Shown here: in pieces, positions 24,109-33,423 of the stretch
Layout: the number at the start of each line of letters is the position of its first letter
Position numbering within the stretch: the stretch's first letter is position 1
From: Polymyxa betae A26-41
Lineage: Eukaryota > Protista > Endomyxa: Phytomyxea
Reading direction: 5' to 3'
Assembly: GCA_003693705.1 (NCBI GenBank)
Contig: RBZT01000747.1
Location: forward strand, 1-33,687
Length of the DNA: 33,687 nucleotides
Translations under genes and position numbers: made by a program
Notes under the pieces: model-generated
What the model was told of the DNA's origin: nothing
The model's input: only the letters and a program-made list of their open reading frames with translations
Databases searched by the model: none

Positions 24109-25640
24109 GAAGACAATGCTTCCGGTTGAATTAGCCTGAGTCAACGCTATTGATATCTCGAGATTGATCTAACAGCGCTCATATGCTAATAGATACTCTC
24201 CACCCTCGCTATGCGGAGTGCGCCGCCCACCAACTCTAATTGCAAGAATAGTTTCTATCCGATTGAAAGCGCGGTCCCCAATTGAGAAGTCAATTTTCTG
24301 TTTGTGCTCTTCAGCTAGCTTTGACCAGTAAGAAAACTCTGTATTAACCTTCTGAAATAGGACAGCAGAGCCAAAACAAAAATGGGTATTGCGCACGGTG
24401 CAGTTGCTCTAAGACTCTGAATACGGACATCAAGTCTTGAACTCACAGCTGAATCGTTACAAGAAACGCAAATGCAGCATGTGTAAGAAAAACGGGCACA
24501 TAAAATGATTTTGTTATGGTGTCGTTATGGTAGAGGAGAATGACTACGGTCTTGACTTGTGAGTCCTCCGACCTTTTCCAGGAGGTCTTTCAGGATGCTG
24601 TAAAGTGTGTCAACTTCTTGGAGCTTGTCGTCCTCGGATAGTATGCGAATGATGTCCGCCGTGATTCGCTCACTACGATCTGGTATTTGAAAAATAGCAC
24701 AGCACCACCTGTTTAGTGATACCAATTGTCTCACATCTTCTCATCTCTATAGAACCTACACCGCCTAGAACTTACAACATTTAGTTGCGGTCCGAATTAT
24801 AGCGAACTAGCCAATTGAGATGTCAATTTTGAGACGTTTGTTGAAGCTCTTCATCCGCTTAGAAAACTTGGGTATTGTCATGCAACCGCGGAACTCGTTA
24901 CTGTAGGTTTAGTCGACTTGACGTTTCAATCAAGACCTTGGCAGCATTGATCGGACATGACGATGGCTCCGGCAGATAGTTCATGGACGTCGCCGTCCGT
25001 TAATCAAGTCAAGGAGGCTAGCATCGCATATCACGCTAAATCAGACCGTGCGCAATTGCAGCCGTGATCAGGGCCAGGATACGAGGAGAGATATCGTCGC
25101 TGGAACGCTGAAGACGACGAGGACGAGAGATGCGACCGTTGTCAGCTGATTTTGAAAGTACGAATGGAAAGTTTTTTCATTCATCCCTCAAAAAAAAACT
25201 GAACAGAACGTTATTCACCGCTCTAAAAAAAATCCGAAACGCTCTAAGCTATTTCAAGTGCAGAATCTCTTGGAAATTTTTATCTATGGATTCGTCTAAA
25301 TGAAATATAAACCTCAATATACACGGATGGGTTTCGCTCGATCCTTTCCCTAAACCCTAAATCCGAATCATTGTACATCAAGCAATGCTCTAAAACAGTT
25401 GATTTGGGTTGTCGGAAAAGCTCGATCATGAGACTCCGCTGTTTACAGCTCGCGATAACATGGCTTTATTCCAGATCACAGGCTTGAACGATCCAATATA
25501 TCGATACCACTTTAGAGCGGTGAATCCCAATTCTAGAGCTGTGAAACTCCAATTAGCGCAACAATATCATCCTCTTTTTTGAGCGCCGCTCCAGCCAAAA
25601 TTTTAGCCGGAAATTGATGGTTAAAAGCGCCTGGATAGTT

Positions 25641-26456
25641 TTATTGGGAACATTTAGAAAAAAGCGGTGAAACTATTCGGAAAATGCGATAGACTCCAAG
25701 GAGGCCGAACCCAATAGCCAGAGACAGAGAGAGGCCCTGCTTGATAGTGTTACAGGCCGACAGAGCTATTAATATCTGCGACAGGGATATCGTTACCGCC
25801 ATGACGGCCTGCGCACACAGATACGCCAGGTGGCTGCGGGCGGAGCCCTCCGCACGGACAGGGTACATCTGTAACGACAGCGACAATTCGGCTGTGACCA
25901 GTTCATCCCACCTGACCAGGTAACGATAACTGTAACGTAAGCACATGGGTGGTAACGTGAATCACCAGACGACGTTCGCGACGCAGGCGTCGCCGTGCAT
26001 GAGATTCCAGACGGCGACCACGAAGTAGACCAAGAGGATGCCCAGGTACAGGATCGCTAGACAGTAATTCGGTAACGTGGGCGGTATCGTTAGGTAACGT
26101 AAACGCCGGAGGCCTTGGCCTCGCTCCAGCTCGCCCGAACTCTGACAGGTTTCCGCGAGCGTTATGTGGAGCTCGTCATGGGGTCTCCTCGAGGTAACGT
26201 TAACCACGTTCACTGCCCGGACACGTTACACTATTTGACAGTGACACGTTTCAAGCCGCACCTGCAATTGGGTCGATTTGCGAGGAGGCCCGGTTTCCTC
26301 TGCTGCTGCTGCAACCCTCCTCATACGATACGATGATGGATCGGGTCCCGCCTGTAACGTCAAAGAGGGTATCAAATCAGTCGTAACGTATCTCGGACCC
26401 GGGACGATGGCGACCAGCACGACCAGTAGCAGGACAGACGGACGGCATTCGACCAT
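25641..26456 (-). CDS. Orphan signal-peptide multi-pass membrane protein, paralogue 1 (exons 26456-26399, 26351-26262, 26212-25966, 25911-25641; 221 aa)
   Basis: Three GT-AG introns (47, 49, 54 nt) give an open frame. N-terminus SVLLLVVLVAIVPG is hydrophobic. The protein aligns with the gene at 29804-31032. Confidence 0.8.
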
Positions 26457-26769
26457 TGGGCAATGATTGTAATGACGCCGAGAAACGCGAAGAACATCGG
26501 CCGAAACTGCGCACTATCAGCTGGAAAGTGCGCCTAATTTTCTCTACCGTTGCGAACAGTTTTTAAAAACGCTGTCCTTTTGTTAGGGGGTTTGCGGATT
26601 TTATAAGATCGACCTGCAACCATGATCAACAACAGATTCAAAGGCAATCGATAGATTTCGGGCCATTGGGTTCATATGAGGTTCACGAAGTTTTAAAAAG
26701 ATCAAAATTTAAGTGAAATAGTCCGGCTTAAGTTTCTGAAAATAGCAAGTAGTTTGAAATCTCGTATGG

Positions 26770-27050
26770 ATGATTGCTGTTTTCGCACAAAAGTGCGTGA
26801 GTGTACGTTCTGTCCCCACAGTGGAAAAATTCAACTCGCATATTTCATCCAAGAAAACTGCGGGGGAGTTTTCAGGCACGGATTGCTGTTTTCCCGTTTT
26901 CGCACAAAACTGCGAGAGTGTACAAACGGGCACAAAAGTGCGAGAGTGTACAAACGGGCACAAAAGTGCTAAAGTGTACGCTCTGTCCCCACAGTAGGAA
27001 CAGTCAAAACGCATTTTCATCCCAATGGAAATGCGCGGGACTTTTCAGGC
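26770..27050. repeat. Nested tandem repeat (about 110-bp unit x2 with an internal 28-bp unit about x3) between divergent genes
   Basis: GCACAAAA(G/C)TGCGAGAGTGTACAAACGG repeats at about 26902-26980. The flanking block GTGTACG.TCTGTCCCCACAGT...TTTCATCC...TTTTCAGGCA occurs twice. Confidence 0.88.
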
Positions 27051-27093
27051 AACCAATACACCTTTAGCTCTTGTTTCGCGATAACCTTTTCAT

Positions 27094-27924
27094 ATGCTGA
27101 TTATGGAGAGCGTCCCTGTGTCGTCGCGTTCGCTGTTGGAGGATGTGGTGGCGGCTTTGTTCAATCAGGAGTCCTGCAGTGACCTGCGCCTTGTCGTCGA
27201 CGGCACGACGTTCTTCTGCCATCGGAACGTTCTATCTACGAAGAGCGAATATGTCCGACAGATGCTTCAATCTTCACTGTTAGAGAACCAATCTTCGCTT
27301 GTCGTCCAGCTGCCATTTCCGAGCGGTAACCCATCGTCACACGCGAGATTGTTCGAGCTCTATCTGAAGGTCGTCTACGGGCTTTTAGATCTGTCACAAG
27401 ATCACGTTTCGATCATACCGGTGGTGGCCAAGATCGCGGATTTTATGATGTCGAAATCCATTCTTGATCTATGCGATCATCTTCTGAGCTCTTCAAAGAT
27501 GAATCTCGATAGGCTTCTGTTTGCGCAGCGATATAACCTTCCTGTAACATTACACAATTGCATACAGAAAATGGCGAGCAATGCGATCGTACAGAGCCCG
27601 AAACTATTACGGATTAATCTGGAAAATATTCTAAAAATGGTGTCGCTCTGTGATCAGGGATCCTTTTATACAATGCGGCTCATTGTCTGCTATACATCCG
27701 AAGGACGTCAAAAGGGCATTGGGCCAGTACAGATTCACGGCGACGAGATGGTGCAGCTATTCAAATCGTGTATTGAAATGGCCGCCCAGAAATGGCCGCT
27801 GGAATTTGTGAAATATTTTCATGAACGGTTGGACGAAATCGAGCTGATCTACGATTCCGGTGAAAAAGATTCCGTGTTCATGCTGAAAACTATCGCTGAT
27901 CGATACATGAAAATGGTATCGTAG
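27094..27924 (+). CDS. BTB/POZ domain protein (intronless, 276 aa)
   Basis: SDLRLVVDGTTFFCHRNVLSTKSEYVRQML...FELYLKVVYG...IADFM...C, followed by a BACK-like helical region (FAQRYNLP). Confidence 0.9.
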   Translation: MLIMESVPVSSRSLLEDVVAALFNQESCSDLRLVVDGTTFFCHRNVLSTKSEYVRQMLQSSLLENQSSLVVQLPFPSGNPSSHARLFELYLKVVYGLLDLSQDHVSIIPVVAKIADFMMSKSILDLCDHLLSSSKMNLDRLLFAQRYNLPVTLHNCIQKMASNAIVQSPKLLRINLENILKMVSLCDQGSFYTMRLIVCYTSEGRQKGIGPVQIHGDEMVQLFKSCIEMAAQKWPLEFVKYFHERLDEIELIYDSGEKDSVFMLKTIADRYMKMVS

Positions 27925-28528
27925 AAAGCCGACCAAAGTCCCAATTTGTTTTCAAAAAAAAGTTGAACTGTTAACAGCCTATTATGAGTGTGAATACACA
28001 CGATCTATTATAATAGTGGGCACAGGATTGAGAGGACCAGGAGCCACGGACTTTTTGCGAAGCTTAAGACGAGAAGGAGCGTTGATTCGAAAACGGCGTT
28101 GACCGAATTTTGCTACCTTGTTTAGCCTTGGTTATCGTTTACATAAGAATATTGTTCACAAAATCTTATATTCAGCAGCGAATTTTAAAAGCGGCTAAAA
28201 GTTGCTTCTATCAGAAATTGCTTCCAATGACCTGACAATGCCAATTCCAACAACTGGTTACAGCCCTCAATTTCCTAACAGCAACTTTAAAACGAAAATT
28301 GGGACACATTTCTGATTTTATCCTTCACAAATTCCGTTTCGCAATGAGTATTAGGGTTAGGGTTTGAATTGCAAGCGCCAGTAAGCAGTTCGTTTTGAGC
28401 CCAGCGAAACCGTTGTTAATGTTACATTGGTTGATGAAGCTGAGGTAACGTTACATGGCTGGCAGTCGGTCATGGTCGTCAGTCCGGATGCGATCGAACA
28501 GTACCACGCTCAACACGTCGTCGTCGTC

Positions 28529-29248
28529 ATGCTGGCCCGACGCCGGCTCTGCGGAATGCGGCTCTGGCTGGGGCTGTACGCCGTGCTTCTGATGGCAGTG
28601 CCGAGGACGGCGGCCCGGATCACGATGAACTGGGTCCTGGACCCCATCGCCCTTATCAGCCCCAACGAAATGTTCGCCACCCGAATCGGCGGCGTCGTAC
28701 CGGCCCAGGCCGTGCTGAACCTGGCCTGCCCCAGTAACAACATCATCTCGACGATCAAGTTCGCGTCGTGGGGGCGGCCTTCGGGCCAGTTCCCGGACTT
28801 TGTCCGAACGAATTGTTCGGCGACGAACAGCAGCGCGATTGCGTCCGCCGCCTGTGTCGGGTCGGCGTCGTGTGCGTTGAACGCGTCGGCGGCGGTGTTC
28901 GGAGATCCGTGCCCCGGGGAGGCCAAGCAGCTCGCCGTGTTGGCGTTGTGTTCGCCGCTGATTGGGAGCGCGGCCTCCGAGGAGAATACCGCCCATCTGC
29001 AGTGTCCGGGCAGCCAGCTCATGTCCGTGATCACGTTCGCGTCGTTCGGGAGGCCGAGCGGCAGCTTTCCCAACTACCAGACGACGTCGTGTGCGTCGTC
29101 GTCCAGTCATCAAGTGGTGGCGGCCTCCTGTCTCGGACGGAATTCGTGCTCGGTCCTGTCCAATATTGGCGTGTTTGGTGATCCGTGTTCGGGATTGGGA
29201 AAATGGCTCTATATAGTGGCGTTATGCACAGATCTCGTGTTTGCATAG
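28529..29248 (+). CDS. Secreted protein with two tandem SUEL-type (galactose/rhamnose-binding) lectin domains
   Basis: Hydrophobic leader LWLGLYAVLLMAVPRTAA. Two copies of L.CP....S.I.FAS.GRPSG.FP......C....S......C.G..SC.......FGDPC.G..K.L...ALC. The start could be 28472, 28529 or 28556. Confidence 0.88.
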   Translation: MLARRRLCGMRLWLGLYAVLLMAVPRTAARITMNWVLDPIALISPNEMFATRIGGVVPAQAVLNLACPSNNIISTIKFASWGRPSGQFPDFVRTNCSATNSSAIASAACVGSASCALNASAAVFGDPCPGEAKQLAVLALCSPLIGSAASEENTAHLQCPGSQLMSVITFASFGRPSGSFPNYQTTSCASSSSHQVVAASCLGRNSCSVLSNIGVFGDPCSGLGKWLYIVALCTDLVFA

Positions 29249-29803
29249 CTGTAAACCCTAAACCCTAATATATTGTCAGATTTGTGATTTGTGGAAGAAG
29301 ACTGCCTTGACGAGTACATTTGACGTAAAGCCCAAAGTTGTGATCTTCTGATTTTGTTTGAATGGCGCAGTATTTTTGACACAAACTTCGAACGGAGGCC
29401 GAGTGAGAGGCCAGCATCGTTCCAGTCGCGCATTTTTCATCTTTTCATAGCGCACTTTTTCGCATTTCACATTATGGCAGAGTGTTCTCGCTGTTTCTCA
29501 GAAAAGATGCGGGTTTCTCAAATGTTCTGCTGCTATGAAAAATATCCAATTCCGAAAGCCATCAAGATGGTTCTGATCAGATTAGCTTCCAAGCAAAAGA
29601 TCGGCAAAAGGCAGTTCACTATTTGAACGAAACATCTCGGATCAAAGAGAGAATCGAGAGAGAAGTTCTGCGCGAAAACTCTCGGCTATTCTGTGACATT
29701 AAAAAGCGGGCAAAGATTACAGTATGCGCCAAGAGGCGTTCTTAAAATTTCAACTTTTATAAAAAAACAACTGTACAAGAACATCGAAATAGATTCAGCA
29801 ACG

Positions 29804-31032
29804 TCAATGTTGAAGGAATCTGAAGAATCGTACAAAGACGAAGATGCTGAGCAGAGAGAAGGCGATGGCCATGCTCAGCGAGATCCATTTGATAAGGCCG
29901 CATGTGCCGTATGCGAACAGGAATTGGGACACGCCTAAGCCAACTGGAAGCAGAGCTTGTACGATTCGATACCAGAATTGACTGCGGAGGCTGCCGGCGG
30001 TATCCACCGTAATCAAATGAAGCGGAAGAGAGAGCAAACCCTCAGCCAACCCACACCACCTGAGAAGCAATTTCAGGGGAATTCTGAAGACGAAAACGAG
30101 GTACACTTTGTGAAGTTCTTTAATTTAAGAAAAAAAAAGGACTGAAAACGCCATAAATGGTCATTTCATACCAAACGAGAGTGAAAATCGTGCCAGAAAT
30201 TCATGAAAAAAGGCAAATCAAGTAGTCAGATAGAACGATCTACCAGTTTAGAGAAAGCGCCAAAGCGAAAGGAAGCCATGAATATGAGCTCGTAACAATG
30301 CAGGCTATATCGAATAGTTTAAAAGTTTGAAAGAAAAATTGTTTTTTGGCAGGATGTAAAATCGAGTCCCAGACAGAGCTCAATAAGAAGATATAATGAG
30401 AATGATTTTAAACAAAAAAAACATTCAAGAATTCATAGGCCAGGAAATCTTCAGAAAAAAAACACCAAAAAATGATTTCAACAAGATTTCAATTACCAGA
30501 AAAGACTGGGTAAACAACGACGGAGTTTCTGGCTGAAGCCGATTCCAGCAATGATCATATAAGTGACGAGGAACAGTGAGTAGAGCATCGCCAATGAATA
30601 GTTGCGCCAGTCTGGGGGGATGACTGCGAAACATAGAAGGTCAGCCAGCGTATGGTAACATAAAGGGTTGCGAACTTGACTTGAAAACCGGGGCCTCTGC
30701 CGACCGGGTCCGACCTGGCAGCAGCTCGAAATCGGAATGTTCATCAGCGGAATCGCGAGCGCGGTTCGACCCGATCTCCACGTCTACGGTAACATTAACG
30801 GTAACATAAACATGAAACGTGGCGGCGGACCCAGAGAGTAGCCGTGCGTATCGGGCGAGGCGGAAGGCGCCGGGATCGGTGCGCGGCTGCGGCCTCGTGG
30901 AGGCCCATACGAAGTGGATGCCTCATCGCTGCCTGTGAAACGTTAACGGACTTGGTAACGTTGGCAGCAACGTTACCGACCAGGAGTGGCGACAGCGACG
31001 GTCAAGGTCAGGAGCAGAAGCAACGGCTGCAT
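29804..31032 (-). CDS. Orphan signal-peptide multi-pass membrane protein, paralogue 2 (exons 31032-30981, 30932-30831, 30783-30676, 30623-30497, 30059-29804; 214 aa)
   Basis: Leader MQPLLLLLTLTVAVATPG. Introns of 48, 47, 52 and 437 nt have consistent phases. IPPDWRNYSLAMLY and GSLRSQ...SQFLFA...C..IK...SLSMAIAF match the 25641-26456 gene. Confidence 0.8.
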
Positions 31033-31530
31033 CGTCAGATTCAGGTGTGGCGACGCCGCGGGACGGAATGGGCGCAGCCCACCCACTGGTGAGTGGTCGA
31101 GGGTTTCGTGACTGGGACGCCTGAACTCTGTCAGGTTCAGGTCGGCGGAGCGGCCTTTGTCGATCGCCAAAAACGCTGATTTCAGTGTCGACGGCATCAG
31201 CCGGGCGCTGCCTGCGCACAGAGACCAGCTCGCCATTGACCAATATTGGTCAAAACCGATCCGTTTTGCATAACACAGTATGCTAATAAGGCAAGAAGAG
31301 TTTAACAGAGATCGGGATGTAACAGCCGAACGATTTTTTTTAAATATTTCACAGTTTTCTTCTCAGCATTGCTCGTTGTAGATCACATCCGTACAATGCC
31401 TTCTAGACAGCAACCTGCTTGCTCACATAAAACGACCTATCTGTCCGTAATGAAAATGTTGCCCAATAAACATCGAATAATCAGAATTTTCAACTGAAAT
31501 TGTATTTGCTGTTACATGACAGACAGACAG

Positions 31531-33233
31531 TTAGTGTGATGCGGGCGCGAGTTTGTCCACGATGGGATCGGGTTCCGTGTGCTTCCGAGCCACGGACTGG
31601 AACTTGGCGTTGGTGGCCGGTAACCTAACATTCAGAATGGCCGCGTACCTGCTGGTGAACAAATCTTTGCTCTTGGCCATTTTGGTCACGAATGCGCCCA
31701 GATTGAACCCGAACAGTAACGAGACGCCGGTTTTCGGTCCGACCGGGACAATCATGGTCGAATAGCCCGCGGGCTTGTACGGCTTCATGGCGTTACCGTT
31801 TTGTAACGCGATCAAGTTTTTCGCTAACAGCGAGGCGTGATTGCCGGCGTACGCCGCCAGACGGTCTTCGTCGGCCTGGATACAGTCGCCGATGGCGAAG
31901 ACGTTGTTCTGGCCCTCGACCTTGAAAGGGTTAGGGTTTAGGGTTTAGGGTTTCCAATCCGACCTGGAAGAATTCGTTCACTTTCAGTCGCCCTTTGTCG
32001 TCGAGCGCGAACTCTTTCGCGTATGACGAGTTGTTCATCTGTTGACAGTTAGGGTTTTAGGGTTTGTCGGCCACCTGGCTGACCTTGGTGACACCGATGC
32101 AGACGAAAACCAGGTCGGCTTCGAATTGTTCGCCGTTGGATAGACGGACGTTGGTGGGGCCTTTAATGACGGACGTCCCATTCCAGTCATCTATATAAGC
32201 GACCACGTTCGTCTTGACCTGAATGCCTTGTTGCTGGACGCAACGCTCCAGATTCGATATGAACTTCTCCGGCTTGTTCGACTGACATAATCGGGGAAGT
32301 TTGGAGATTATCGTCACCTATCTCGCAAGTTTAGATTATTTCTTCAAAATCGAATTTGAAAGAATATAGCAGTTCGTATTCGAAGTGACCAAAAAACAAT
32401 TCCGGGAAGAGAAAAATTTCTTGCAGAATATCGAATCAAAGCATCACAAGTTGAAGATAATTCATTCAAGAAAGCTAAAAAGCAACTAAAAACCATCATA
32501 AAATTCGCAAACAAATTGACAAGTTTAAACAGGCCAATTTGACCAATTCTTTGAGTATCAACTGACTTTTATAAAACAAACAGTGATAATTTCTATGAGA
32601 AAACAGCTGGCCCAATAAGGTTTTAAAGAGTCTGAAATGCAAGAAAGTTTGTCATTGCAGTAATCGATGGACACAACTTTTTGTGAACAAAAATATCGTA
32701 TCGAAGTTTACCTCTTTATCGGGATGCTGAGCCTTGATCTCGCCGGCAAATTCGCAGGAGACGGGCCCGCCTCCGACCACCACCACCCGACGTCCAGCCC
32801 GGCCCAGGTCGTCGACGGCCTGGGCGTACTCGCGACGGGCCTGCGGACCGTTCGTGGCCTGGATCTGGCACGGGAAGGCGAACATCGACCCGGTCGCGAT
32901 CACCACGTAATCGAACGTGACGGCTTGGTCGCGGCCAGCGACCTAGAGTCATGAAAACCCTAACCCTAAAACCCTAAAACCCTAACCGACCTTAATCGCC
33001 GTCCCTGTGATACTGGTAACTTCGGCCTGGATGAAAGTCCCTTTGCGCAACAAGTCCGTGTACGGCAGGACGATATTGTCGACGAATCCCGGTACGACCG
33101 AGGCGCGCATTGCGCCGACGTTATGCAGGAAATAGTCCTTCCGATCGATCAGGTAAACTTGGAAATGCGATTCCAGGGCCTTGGCCAGGGCGATCCCGCC
33201 GTACCCGCCCCCGACAATGGCGACCGTCTTCAT
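31531..33233 (-). CDS. AMID/FSP1 (AIFM2)-like FAD/NAD(P)H oxidoreductase, 5 exons (33233-32991, 32942-32712, 32317-32084, 32038-31964, 31920-31531; 390 aa)
   Basis: Motifs VAIVGGGYGG, FDYVVIATGS, VVVGGGPVSCEFAGEI, ADLVFVCIG and GRLKVNEFFQVEGQNNVFAIGDC. All exon lengths are multiples of 3 and all introns are GT-AG. Confidence 0.92.
31928..31953 (+). repeat. Telomere-type repeat tract in intron 4 of the AMID-like gene
   Basis: GGGTTAGGGTTTAGGGTTTAGGGTTT. Confidence 0.95.
32048..32065 (+). repeat. Telomere-type repeat tract in intron 3 of the AMID-like gene
   Basis: GTTAGGGTTTTAGGGTTT. Confidence 0.92.
32954..32987 (-). repeat. Telomere-type repeat tract in intron 1 of the AMID-like gene
   Basis: Minus strand reads GGTTAGGGTTTTAGGGTTTTAGGGTTAGGGTTTT. 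Confidence 0.95.
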
Positions 33234-33423
33234 TGGACCCTTTCCCTTTCGCAGACGGAACGTTTAAGTAACCTGGGCGTGATTGTGTCCACGATCGATC
33301 TGTTGGAAACCGTTGTACGAGTAAATGCAAATCGGGTTGTGCTCGAATCCTTTCCTGTCCGTCATAGAGACCGGTCGAACGTTTTGTCCACTAGTGGATA
33401 GAGGCCGCGCTGTCCCCTTGTGT

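Noticed and set aside
23812-24116. ORFs overlapping tRNA-Asn (and 7491-7739 over tRNA-Lys)
   Set aside because: Explained by the tRNA genes, with no protein motifs.
28451-29113. Long antisense ORFs over the lectin gene (similarly 1108-1482, 18151-18522, 21739-22089)
   Set aside because: These are shadows of GC-rich coding sequence on the opposite strand with no recognisable motifs.
31921-32990. True chromosome end or telomere misassembly
   Set aside because: Tracts are only 2-4 units, occur in both orientations, and lie precisely within GT-AG introns of a continuous gene.
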